From contig CP081102.1 of the NCBI GenBank assembly GCA_025141835.1, forward strand, positions 2,384,230 through 2,416,229: 32,000 nucleotides of DNA, given 5' to 3'. This document shows positions 1-11,760 of this stretch, piece by piece. The notes below the pieces were generated by a model. The model worked only from the letters and a program-made list of their open reading frames with translations. It ran no database searches and had not been told where the DNA came from. A program made the position numbers and the translations under genes. Source of the DNA: Rhodobacteraceae bacterium M385. Its GTDB lineage: Bacteria > Pseudomonadota > Alphaproteobacteria > Rhodobacterales > Rhodobacteraceae. Position 1 is the stretch's first letter. Each line of letters begins with the position of its first letter.

Positions 1-2498
<2,498 letters not shown>

Positions 2499-2602
2499 AA
2501 AGCGGCTCCTGTCCGGTGTGTGCTGCGAAGGTCTTGTCACGGGTGCATGTGCCACCTCTGCCGCATGTAAACAAGCGGTCAAAAGGTCCCTGCGACAATT
2601 TT

Positions 2603-2620
2603 TGTATGCAATTGCATACA
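2603..2620. promoter_or_regulatory. Perfect 18-bp palindrome TGTATGCAATTGCATACA, putative operator in the acnA/ccmA divergent intergenic region
   Basis: Read directly: TGTATGCAA is the reverse complement of TTGCATACA. AT-rich in GC-rich DNA. About 105 nt upstream of the acnA ATG and about 115 nt upstream of the ccmA ATG. Confidence 0.55.
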
Positions 2621-2735
2621 TTCCGGCACCCCCAAGGTCCATAAGCAATCCGATTGGGCGATTTAAGGAAAAAGGCAACTCATGTGCCCCTCTGTCCCCC
2701 TTCCCCGTTCGCACCAAACCCGTTACCGAAAGAGA

Positions 2736-3371
2736 ATGGTCTTAACCGTCACCGATCTAGCCTGCGCCCGTGGGCCTGCCCAAGTCCTTGCGGGCGTGTC
2801 CTTTTCCCTCGCGGCAGGAGAGGCGCTTATCTTGCGTGGTCCCAATGGCGCGGGGAAAACCACCCTGCTGCGCACCCTAGCGGGCCTGACCCCGCCCCTT
2901 GCCGGCACCATTACCCAAGCAGAGGACTCCATCGCCTATGCCGGCCATGCGGATGGATTGAAGTCACAGCTTTCCGTGCAAGAAAATCTGATGTTTTGGG
3001 CCGGGATATTTGGACGCTCGGATATCGAACCCGCCCTTGCTGCCTTCGCCCTGCACCCTCTTGCTGATCGCCCTGCCGGAGAGCTTTCTGCCGGACAGAA
3101 ACGCCGCCTGTCCTTAGCCCGCCTCCTGGTCACGGGCCGCTCGATCTGGGCGCTGGACGAACCGACAGTCTCCCTTGATACCGAGAACACCGCCCGCTTT
3201 GCCTCTGCCGTAGAGGCGCATTTGCGCGACGGCGGCGCGGCCATCATCGCCACCCATATCGACCTTGGCTTGCCGACCGCGCGCACCCTGGACATCACGC
3301 CCTTCATCGCCAAAGGTCTTCCCGCAAGCGATCCCTTCGCCGATGACCCGTTCTTGGGAGAGGCGTTGTGA
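2736..3371 (+). CDS. ccmA: Heme exporter ATP-binding protein CcmA (HelA)
   Basis: Walker [13 protein letters not shown] signature [12 protein letters not shown], Walker B IWALDEP. Start moved from the track ATG 2682 to ATG 2736 ([13 protein letters not shown]...), which gives a CcmA-typical N-terminus. Its stop overlaps the ccmB GTG (GTGA). Confidence 0.9.
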   Translation: MVLTVTDLACARGPAQVLAGVSFSLAAGEALILRGPNGAGKTTLLRTLAGLTPPLAGTITQAEDSIAYAGHADGLKSQLSVQENLMFWAGIFGRSDIEPALAAFALHPLADRPAGELSAGQKRRLSLARLLVTGRSIWALDEPTVSLDTENTARFASAVEAHLRDGGAAIIATHIDLGLPTARTLDITPFIAKGLPASDPFADDPFLGEAL

Positions 3372-4024
3372 TTGCATTGCTGAAGCGCGACCTCACTCTC
3401 GCCTTCCGGGCGGGGGGCGGCTTTGGTCTAAGCCTTGCGTTTTTCCTAGTCTTCACCGCCCTTGTCCCCTTGGGGATTGGGCCGGAAACCGCGCGCCTGT
3501 CCGAGATTGCGGCAGGCCTTTTGTGGCTTGGGGCCTTGCTGGCGTGCCTTTTGTCGTTGGACCGCATCTTTCAACTGGATTGGGAGGATGGCACGCTGGA
3601 CCTGATCGCCACCTCCCCCCTACCGTTGGAGGCCGCCGCCGCCGTGAAAGCGCTGGCCCATTGGCTGACGACCGGCTTGCCGCTGGTGGCAGTGGCCCCG
3701 GTTCTGGCCCTTTTGCTGAACCTGCCCGGCGCTGCTTATCCTTGGTTAATAGCCTCTCTGGCGGTGGGCACCCCGGCCCTGTCGGCCATCGGCACCTTCG
3801 GGGCCGCACTGACCGTAGGGATTAAGCGCGGCGGGCTCCTCCTGTCGTTGCTGGTCCTGCCGCTTTACGTGCCGACGCTGATCTTTGGGGCGTTGACGGT
3901 GACCCGCGGGGCGCAGGGGTTGGACGCCGCCGCGCCGCTGTTTCTATTGGCCGGGATCACCCTTGGAGCCTGCGCGATTTTGCCCTTCGCGGCGGCCAGC
4001 GCCCTCCGCGTCAATCTGCGCTAG
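3368..4024 (+). CDS. ccmB: Heme exporter membrane protein CcmB (HelB)
   Basis: 218-aa polytopic membrane protein, [18 protein letters not shown]..., in the ccmA-ccmC context. GTG start overlaps the ccmA stop. Confidence 0.9.
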   Translation: MIALLKRDLTLAFRAGGGFGLSLAFFLVFTALVPLGIGPETARLSEIAAGLLWLGALLACLLSLDRIFQLDWEDGTLDLIATSPLPLEAAAAVKALAHWLTTGLPLVAVAPVLALLLNLPGAAYPWLIASLAVGTPALSAIGTFGAALTVGIKRGGLLLSLLVLPLYVPTLIFGALTVTRGAQGLDAAAPLFLLAGITLGACAILPFAAASALRVNLR

Positions 4025-4079
4025 CTTTGCGTCCGAACGCCCCATTGTGACCCGCTGACACCCCGCCTATGTTCCGCCC

Positions 4080-4811
4080 ATGTCCTCGATCTGGGAATAC
4101 GCGAACCCGCGACGGTTCATGGCAACCTCTGGGGCGCTTCTGCCTTGGATTTCTGCATTGGCCGCGCTGTTTTTGGTGGGTGGGCTGATCTGGGGTTTCT
4201 TCTTTACTCCCAATGACTTCCGCCAAGGCTCGACGGTCAAGATCATCTACATCCATGTGCCCGCCGCGATCATGGCGACCTCGGCTTGGTTCATGATGCT
4301 GGTCGCCTCTATCATCTGGGTTGTGCGCCGCCATCACGTCAGCGCCTTGGCGGCCAAAGCGGCCGCGCCGGTGGGTATGGTCTTCGCATTGATCGGCCTA
4401 TTGACCGGGGCGGTTTGGGGCCAACCAATGTGGGGCACTTGGTGGGAATGGGACCCGCGCTTGACCGCGTTCCTGATCCTGTTCCTGTTCTATCTGGGCT
4501 ATATTGCCCTGTGGGAGGCGGTCGAAAACCCCGATGCGGCGGCTGATCTGACCTCGGTCCTGTGCCTTGTGGGGACGGTGTTCGCGGTCATCTCGCGCTA
4601 TGCGATCTTGTTCTGGAACCAGAGCCTGCATCAGGGCGCGTCGCTGAGCATGGATGCCGAAGAAAACGTCGCCGATGTTTTCGCCTATCCGCTGTGGACC
4701 TGTATCGGCGGGTTTTTCCTGTTGTTCGTGGCGCTCGTCCTGTTTCGCACTCGAACTGAAATCCGCGCTCGACGGCTGAAGGCTCTGATCGCACAGGAGC
4801 AAATGGCTTGA
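4080..4811 (+). CDS. ccmC: Heme exporter/heme lyase-associated protein CcmC (HelC)
   Basis: Trp-rich WWD motif WGTWWEWDPRLTAF. Multi-TM protein in the ccm operon context. Confidence 0.93.
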   Translation: MSSIWEYANPRRFMATSGALLPWISALAALFLVGGLIWGFFFTPNDFRQGSTVKIIYIHVPAAIMATSAWFMMLVASIIWVVRRHHVSALAAKAAAPVGMVFALIGLLTGAVWGQPMWGTWWEWDPRLTAFLILFLFYLGYIALWEAVENPDAAADLTSVLCLVGTVFAVISRYAILFWNQSLHQGASLSMDAEENVADVFAYPLWTCIGGFFLLFVALVLFRTRTEIRARRLKALIAQEQMA

Positions 4812-4972
4812 TGGTTGATCTTGGACAATATGCCGTGCCGGTTCTGGCAGCTTACGGTGGGACGATATTATGCCTTTGTGCGCTGATCGCTGCCTCCGTG
4901 GCCCGTTCGCGTCGGGTTGCAAGACGCTTGGCCGAGGTTGAGGCCCGCAAAGCATCGGGACGTCCGTCTTGA
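4811..4972 (+). CDS. ccmD: Heme exporter protein CcmD (HelD), 53 aa
   Basis: Below the ORF-track size cut-off. The ATG at 4811 shares one nt with the ccmC TGA. Translates MVDLGQYAVPVLAAYGGTILCLCALIAASVARSRRVARRLAEVEARKASGRPS: one TM helix plus a basic tail, at the canonical position between ccmC and ccmG. Its stop overlaps the ccmG TTG (TTGA). Confidence 0.8.
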   Translation: MVDLGQYAVPVLAAYGGTILCLCALIAASVARSRRVARRLAEVEARKASGRPS

Positions 4973-5568
4973 AACTCAACTGGTTAATGATCCTTCCGCT
5001 GGCGCTGACCGCCAGCTTTTTCGGAATTGCCGGCTGGCAGTTGATGAACAATCAAGACGCTCAAACCGCGGGCATTGACACACAAGCCCTGCCGTCGCCG
5101 CAGGAAGGCCACCCTGCCCCGCCTCTTGATCTGGAGCTGGTGCCCGGAACCCCGCTTCTGACCCGCGATGCCCTAGAGGGCGAAGATCTGGTCATCCTGA
5201 ATTTTTTCGCCTCTTGGTGTCCCCCTTGCCGAGCCGAGCACCCGACCCTGACCGCTTTGGCCGAGGCCGGCGTGCCGCTTTACGGTGTCAACTATCGTGA
5301 CCGAGAGGTTCAGGCCCTGTCGTTCCTTGAAGAACTGGGCAACCCCTACGACCTGATCGGCGCCGATCCCGCCGCCCGCAATGGCCGGGATTGGGGTGTC
5401 GTGGCGATGCCGGAGACATTCTTTATCAATACCGACGGCGTTATTGTCCTACACTTTCGCGGCCCCATCGTGCGCCGATCGCTCGACAATCAGGTCCGCC
5501 CCGCCTTGGCAGAGGCAGGATACACGCTGCCCGAGCTTCCGCCGCTTACTCCAATTGAGTCAAACTAA
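4969..5568 (+). CDS. ccmG: Thiol:disulfide oxidoreductase CcmG/DsbE (HelX)
   Basis: N-terminal membrane anchor and thioredoxin motif FFASWCPPCRAEHP. The start is either TTG 4969 (coupled to ccmD) or the in-frame ATG 4987. Confidence 0.9.
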   Translation: MKLNWLMILPLALTASFFGIAGWQLMNNQDAQTAGIDTQALPSPQEGHPAPPLDLELVPGTPLLTRDALEGEDLVILNFFASWCPPCRAEHPTLTALAEAGVPLYGVNYRDREVQALSFLEELGNPYDLIGADPAARNGRDWGVVAMPETFFINTDGVIVLHFRGPIVRRSLDNQVRPALAEAGYTLPELPPLTPIESN

Positions 5569-5591
5569 GCGCGCAGCATCGGGGCGCGACC

Positions 5592-6089
5592 CTAGTAGAT
5601 GTAGCGAATTTGATCGGACCAGAAGCGTTCGATCCGCTTAAGGGAATGGTTCAGCCGATCCACGCCATCGGCGTTTAGCACGCCTTGCTTTTCAAGCCCT
5701 TCTGAATGGCGCTCAAACAGGCCATCCACGGTGTCACGCACATGGCGGCCCTTTTCCGTCAGACGCACCCGGACTGAGCGGCGGTCAATCTCGCACTTCT
5801 GGTGATGCATGTAGCCCATATCGACCAACTTCTTGAGGTTATAGCTGACGTTGGACCCCTGATAGTAACCGCGCGATTTCAGCTCCCCTGCGGTGACTTC
5901 ATTGTCGCCTATATTGAACAACAACAGCGCTTGGACGGCGTTGATATCAAGCACCCCCAAGCGTTCGAATTCATCTTTTATCACGTCGAGGAGCAGCCGA
6001 TGCAATCGCTCCACCATCGCGAGGGATTCAAGATAGCCTGCCAAGAAACCCGCTTGGGTCGGCGAGGCAAGAGGCGCATGCATACTCAT
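5592..6089 (-). CDS. MarR-like winged-helix transcriptional regulator
   Basis: Winged-helix-like region ...VTAGELKSRGYYQGSNVSYNLKKLVDMGYMHHQKCEIDRRSVRVRLTEKG... Start set at ATG 6089 (MSMHAPLASP...) rather than the track start 6146. The upstream region is AT-rich. Confidence 0.7.
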   Translation of the reverse strand: MSMHAPLASPTQAGFLAGYLESLAMVERLHRLLLDVIKDEFERLGVLDINAVQALLLFNIGDNEVTAGELKSRGYYQGSNVSYNLKKLVDMGYMHHQKCEIDRRSVRVRLTEKGRHVRDTVDGLFERHSEGLEKQGVLNADGVDRLNHSLKRIERFWSDQIRYIY

Positions 6090-6193
6090 AATTTTTGGCT
6101 CCGCAATCACTGCTTTCTCCGTAGATTCGGGGAAAAACACGAACATTCCGTTAAACCAGAAAAATTATTTGATCTGAGCACCTTACAAGAAGG

Positions 6194-6469
6194 CTATGCC
6201 CCACGCCCCAGAGTTGGTCGCATATCCTCACCGATGCGAGTGACCATCTCAGACACCTCTGCCGGTGCCTCAGCCTGCCCCGAAACCCACTGATAAAGGT
6301 CGTGGTCAGACTCGGCCATCACCGCCTCAAACGCATCCAGCGTGGCATCATCGGCCTGGGCCAGATTGCGGTCGGCCCACCCGCCAAGGATCAGGTCCAT
6401 CTCCTTGATGCCCCGGTGCCATGCCCGCAGGCGCAGGCGCTTCAGGCGGGTTTCGCGCGGCTCGCTCAT
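6194..6469 (-). CDS. sdhE: FAD assembly factor SdhE (succinate dehydrogenase assembly factor 2 family)
   Basis: 91 aa with the RGxxE core (WHRGIKEMDLILGGW) and ...DLYQW... typical of SdhE/DUF339. Its ATG overlaps the stop of the upstream XRE gene (ATGA). Confidence 0.85.
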   Translation of the reverse strand: MSEPRETRLKRLRLRAWHRGIKEMDLILGGWADRNLAQADDATLDAFEAVMAESDHDLYQWVSGQAEAPAEVSEMVTRIGEDMRPTLGRGA

Positions 6470-6867
6470 GGGTTGCCAAGCGCGGCACGCAGGCGCTTCT
6501 CTATCCGGCCCATCCGCTCGGCCAAGTTGACCTGTTCCTGCCGCATCTGCCGCAGATCGATCAGGATTTTCTCAACGTCCGCATCCACGGGTTGGGTCAA
6601 TTCCGGGCTGTCCAGCCCCTCACCCTGCCCCGCCAGCAGCCACATCATCGACACCCCCAGAATGCCAGACAAGGTGCCCAATTTGTTGGCCCGAGGCTCG
6701 GACTGGTCGTTTTCCCAGCCGCGGATCGTCTTTACTTTTACGCCCAATCGCTTGGCCAATTCGGGCTGTGTCAGCCCTGCGGCCTCGCGCGCGCCGGTGA
6801 CGCGATCTCCGAAGGTCGTGGTCTCCGCATCGAACCAAGTGGTTCCGTCGTTTGACTGGTCGTCCAT
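6466..6867 (-). CDS. XRE-family helix-turn-helix protein with a C-terminal coiled-coil-like tail
   Basis: HTH segment GLTQPELAKRLGVKVKTIRGWENDQSEP. C-terminal heptad-like EKILIDLRQMRQEQVNLAERMGRIEKRL. Confidence 0.8.
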   Translation of the reverse strand: MDDQSNDGTTWFDAETTTFGDRVTGAREAAGLTQPELAKRLGVKVKTIRGWENDQSEPRANKLGTLSGILGVSMMWLLAGQGEGLDSPELTQPVDADVEKILIDLRQMRQEQVNLAERMGRIEKRLRAALGNP

Positions 6868-6903
6868 TGGAATGTCTCTCCTAGAGGTTGATCGCGCCGA
6901 TAG

Positions 6904-8178
<1,275 letters not shown>

Positions 8179-8220
8179 TGCCGTAGGGCGGGCTTAAGCC
8201 CGCCATTGCCGCATCAATTG

Positions 8221-8245
8221 GGCGTCCCGCTTGGGGCGCCTTTTT
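8221..8245 (+). terminator. Rho-independent terminator downstream of the aminotransferase gene
   Basis: Stem GGCGTCCC / GGGGCGCC (8 bp, one G-U), loop GCTT, followed by TTTTT. A second GC hairpin without a U-tract (GGCGGGC TTAA GCCCGCC) lies at 8187-8204. Confidence 0.75.
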
Positions 8246-8296
8246 CGTAGCCCTATCGCGCTTGTCTCTGCCCCTGTCGCGCTGTAGGCCCGTGCC

Positions 8297-9055
8297 ATGC
8301 AGCGCGCCCGTTTCCGTGATCATCTGATCCTCATCCTAGGCTGTGCCCTCATGCTGGGGCCGCCAGCGTTGCTGTTGATCCAAGGCTTCTCGATCTCCTC
8401 CATCTCGACCCTTTTGGAACCTTCCAACTCGCGGCCGAACCTGATCCAATTGGTCACAACCTCTCTTGTTATTGCCGCAGGCGTGGCCCTTATCAAAACG
8501 GCGACCTCGCTTTTGGCGGCCTTCGCATTGGTCTTCTTTCGGGTCCCCGGCGCGGGTTTCATCTTTTCCCTGATCCTGCTGCCCCTGTTTTTGCCGATCG
8601 AATCGCGGATCATGCCTACAATCCTTGTGACCGACGCCCTCGGGCTGCTGAACACCTACACGGGATTGATCCTGCCGATCACCGCCACGGGCCTTGGCAC
8701 CCTGATCCTGCGGCAACAATTGATGCAGCTTCCACCCGAAGTGATCGAGGCCGCGCGACTGGATGGCGCCGGGCCCCTGCGCGTGTTCTGCGACATCATT
8801 GTGCCGCTGAGCCTGCCAATCATTGCAGCACTTCTGGCGTTCTTCTTCGTTTTGGGGTGGAACCAATACCTCTGGCCGATGATCGCCTCCCCCTCAGCGC
8901 CGGACCGCGCCACTGTGGTCAGCGGCATTGCGTTGCTGCGCGCAGGCTCTCCGGCATCGCTGACGCTGGCGGTTATTGCCATGGTGCCACCGCTAATCGT
9001 GTTCATCTTCGCGCAGCGGTGGATCGCCAAGGGTCTTGCGCCGATCCGGGCCTAG
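8297..9055 (+). CDS. ABC transporter permease, carbohydrate-uptake (MalG/UgpE-like) family, orphan
   Basis: About 6 predicted TM segments and the EAA-loop motif EAARLDGAGPLRVFCDIIVPLS. No partner permease, ATPase or binding-protein gene is nearby. Confidence 0.8.
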   Translation: MQRARFRDHLILILGCALMLGPPALLLIQGFSISSISTLLEPSNSRPNLIQLVTTSLVIAAGVALIKTATSLLAAFALVFFRVPGAGFIFSLILLPLFLPIESRIMPTILVTDALGLLNTYTGLILPITATGLGTLILRQQLMQLPPEVIEAARLDGAGPLRVFCDIIVPLSLPIIAALLAFFFVLGWNQYLWPMIASPSAPDRATVVSGIALLRAGSPASLTLAVIAMVPPLIVFIFAQRWIAKGLAPIRA

Positions 9056-9123
9056 ACGGGAGTGATTTCCCCGTGTTGTTTAGAGGACTAGCCCCGTAAG
9101 CTGATGGCCAAAGGAGCGATTTC

Positions 9124-9747
9124 ATGACCTCTTCCGCTACGTTCTGGGACAAAGCCGCGCCCAAATACGCCACCAGCAAAATCTCGGACCCAGAGGGCTA
9201 CCGCGCCACGTTAGAGCGGACAATCGCGCATCTGTCGCCCACCGATCACCTGCTGGAAATCGGCTGTGGCACCAGTTCCACCGCGCTGGAACTGGCGGGC
9301 CATGTGGCCCATATCACTGCGATCGATATCTCTCCCGCAATGATCGATATCGGGCGCGAAAAAGCTGCTGAGGCTGGCATTGAGAACATCACCCTGATTG
9401 CAGGCGAAGCCGATGATCCGGCCGTGTTTGCCAACGGCCCCTTCGACGGAGTCCTTGCCCTCAACATCCTGCATTTGCTACCAAATCAGACTGAGGTATT
9501 GGCGGCAATTCATGCCAATATGAAGCCGGGCGGGCTGTTCATCTCTAAGACCGCCTGTCTGGGGGAGAAGTGGTTTTTCAAGCCCTTGGTCAGCATCATG
9601 GCCGTGTTCGGCAAAGCGCCTTTTGTGCGTCACCAGCGGATTTCGCAGCTGCAAAAGACCATCCAGGACGCCGGGTTTGAGGTGGTGGAAGAGACCACTC
9701 AGCCCGGAACCCCGCCGCGCCTTTACATGATCGCGCGGCGCGTTTAG
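9124..9747 (+). CDS. Class I SAM-dependent methyltransferase
   Basis: Motif I LLEIGCGTSSTALELA. Strong RBS AAGGAG 7 nt upstream of the ATG. Confidence 0.8.
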   Translation: MTSSATFWDKAAPKYATSKISDPEGYRATLERTIAHLSPTDHLLEIGCGTSSTALELAGHVAHITAIDISPAMIDIGREKAAEAGIENITLIAGEADDPAVFANGPFDGVLALNILHLLPNQTEVLAAIHANMKPGGLFISKTACLGEKWFFKPLVSIMAVFGKAPFVRHQRISQLQKTIQDAGFEVVEETTQPGTPPRLYMIARRV

Positions 9748-9819
9748 CCCTGCGCCTTGACGTCCGAACCTATTGCCGGAACAGTCGCCGTACCGAAATA
9801 AAGCCGGAACAGGCCCACG

Positions 9820-10236
9820 ATGACCGATCTTCCCGAATATTATTTCCGCATCCGCGAAAACGGCGCCGCGGTGTTTCGGGTCTCGACCGAGAACCGTCAG
9901 CGCCGGATTGAGATGGACGAAATCGCCGTGGTCAACATCCGCAATGGCAACGTCAAACCCCACGGCGACCATGTCCTGAATGCGGAAGAGACCGCCGTTA
10001 TCGCAGAGTGGATGGAAGAGCGTCGCGCCGTCCTGAAAGACCGCGATATCGACGATATCCACCGGGCGATAGATTATCTCAACCTCACCACCCACTGGGC
10101 CAACAGTCGGGCCGAGGATGAGGATCTTGAAGACGTGACAGACCGCCTCTTGCTGGCCATGCACGACCTGCGCAGCGTTTTGGTGCGCAAAAAGGCGGAC
10201 CGGATCATGGCAGCGGCAAAGGCTGAAGAGGGCTAA
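9820..10236 (+). CDS. Hypothetical cytoplasmic protein, acidic, no recognised domain
   Basis: 138-aa ORF with protein-like composition and coding-like GC3 (MTDLPEYYFRIRENGAAVFRV...). I recognise no motif. Confidence 0.55.
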   Translation: MTDLPEYYFRIRENGAAVFRVSTENRQRRIEMDEIAVVNIRNGNVKPHGDHVLNAEETAVIAEWMEERRAVLKDRDIDDIHRAIDYLNLTTHWANSRAEDEDLEDVTDRLLLAMHDLRSVLVRKKADRIMAAAKAEEG

Positions 10237-10277
10237 GGCAACGCCGCCCCAGCCCTTTTGTTAAACCTCTGACAAGC

Positions 10278-11153
10278 CTATTGAACCGTTAGCGTATAGC
10301 CCGTTTGCCCCGCGACGGGCTGGATCATTTCCCGGCAATTGCCGGGACCGTCGGTCGCCATCCACACATGGCCGGGATCGGTATTGAAGGAAATCTGTTC
10401 GCCGGGGTTCATACCGCCCATGTCGACGGGCACGCCGTTGGTATCGACCCACAACAATCCCCGAAACAGGCCGCTTTCGTTGGTGAAGGTCAGCACATTG
10501 CTTTGCCCCGTATTGCGCGAGGCGACCCGACCGAAGTTATCGCAAGACAAAAAACCATCCTGCGCCCCGATGGGGGCCGAGGGGCGCAGCCCGCTTTCCG
10601 GTGTTAGCGTGTCGATCTGATCGCAATCGGCCAGAAACGGCCCAAGGGTGTCGGGCCCGTTGCCCGTGAGCGTAAAGCCCCCGCGCCCACCGACCCGCTC
10701 AAATTGTACGGTGTTGCTGCCCGCAATGACCAGCCACGCGGGGTCAGACATCTCGAGCACCAGTTCGATCCCGGACACGCCGAATTCCGCATCCGTGCCC
10801 ACCACACTGCCGTCCACGTCAACGACGCGCCCATCATCGGCACGCACCCGCAGGGTCGCGACAGAATCCTCGGCCAGCCCCTCGATATCAGCCCCGACCT
10901 GAAGCGCCACCAATGGCCCCTGCGCGCCGATAAAACACTGCCCCGTGATGGCGACGTCATCGGTTTCCGGCACGCCGTAGGTCACGGCAAAGAACGTATC
11001 AAACACGTTGTCGCTCACCTGCGAGAAGCGCGTCCACACATGGCCAGAAATATTGGGACCAAGATCAGGTGTAAGGGCACCGCCCTGCTGCGCCGTGGCG
11101 GTCAACGGCAGGTTCAAGGCAGCAAGAATGGCGGTCGCGAGGAGGAAGCGCAT
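10278..11153 (-). CDS. Secreted protein with a C-terminal VHL beta-domain-like module
   Basis: Start set at ATG 11153 (GGAG RBS). Signal peptide MRFLLATAILAALNLPLTATA/QQ. The C-terminal ~60 aa align without gaps to my recollection of the human pVHL beta domain (see finding). Confidence 0.75.
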   Translation of the reverse strand: MRFLLATAILAALNLPLTATAQQGGALTPDLGPNISGHVWTRFSQVSDNVFDTFFAVTYGVPETDDVAITGQCFIGAQGPLVALQVGADIEGLAEDSVATLRVRADDGRVVDVDGSVVGTDAEFGVSGIELVLEMSDPAWLVIAGSNTVQFERVGGRGGFTLTGNGPDTLGPFLADCDQIDTLTPESGLRPSAPIGAQDGFLSCDNFGRVASRNTGQSNVLTFTNESGLFRGLLWVDTNGVPVDMGGMNPGEQISFNTDPGHVWMATDGPGNCREMIQPVAGQTGYTLTVQ

Positions 11154-11256
11154 GAAGGAAACTCCGGGAAAAAGGTAAAGGGTCAACTAAGACACCGTCA
11201 CCGAGGCCCGATTTTATTGCAAGCGGCGGCTTTCCCGCCGTCGCAGGCGCGAAAAA

Positions 11257-11664
11257 TCAAATGCGGGTGAAGGTGGTGTCCAAAAGCATGTCTTTGCGCG
11301 GGCCGGTGACCCGCCACAAGGTCGAGAATGCATCCCTTCCCTTGAATGAATAGCGCACGCGGTAGGTGTCAGGCGGGCAATCGTGCAGGGCTTCCTTGCC
11401 CTCCTCGGGGACGGTGTGAAACGGGCGACCATCGTCGAAAAATACCGCCAATTCAGCCCCTTGGGACCGCCACAGGTAGCGCCGCGTCGCCTGCATCGGC
11501 GCTGCCGCGCCGTAACGAAGCACCCCCTGCTCAACCTGCTCAAGCCCGCCCTCGATAGGTCGCCACGCGGCCTCCCCCTCAAAGCGCCCGGTCAAATCAG
11601 CACGGTAATCGGTAATGACACGCGACAGCTGCCAACGCCCTTTCAGCGCATCCAGTCCTATCAT
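11257..11664 (-). CDS. Conserved hypothetical protein (recalled as DUF6314-like), 135 aa
   Basis: The real gene is the 3' end of the 612-aa track ORF 11257..13095. ATG at 11664 gives MIGLDALKGRWQLSRVITDYRADLTGRFEGEAAW...YLWRSQGAELAVFFDDGRPFH... The rest of that ORF is antisense to purB. Confidence 0.65.
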   Translation of the reverse strand: MIGLDALKGRWQLSRVITDYRADLTGRFEGEAAWRPIEGGLEQVEQGVLRYGAAAPMQATRRYLWRSQGAELAVFFDDGRPFHTVPEEGKEALHDCPPDTYRVRYSFKGRDAFSTLWRVTGPRKDMLLDTTFTRI

Positions 11665-11760
11665 TTGCCCGCGCCCCCTGCTGCCAATCGCCCCACCGGG
11701 TTGCTCCCCTTGCTTCAGCCTCGTATCAGACAGCCGAAATCTCTCGTGAAAGGCAAGCCC

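Noticed and set aside
8251-8285. Imperfect direct repeat CCCTATCGCGCTTGT / CCCTGTCGCGCTGT upstream of the orphan permease
   Set aside because: It is short, imperfect and GC-rich, so chance cannot be excluded. There is no supporting context.
11665-11760. Possible purine or ZTP-type riboswitch upstream of purB
   Set aside because: I could not find the conserved ZTP/pfl or purine-riboswitch core sequences in the 96-nt spacer.
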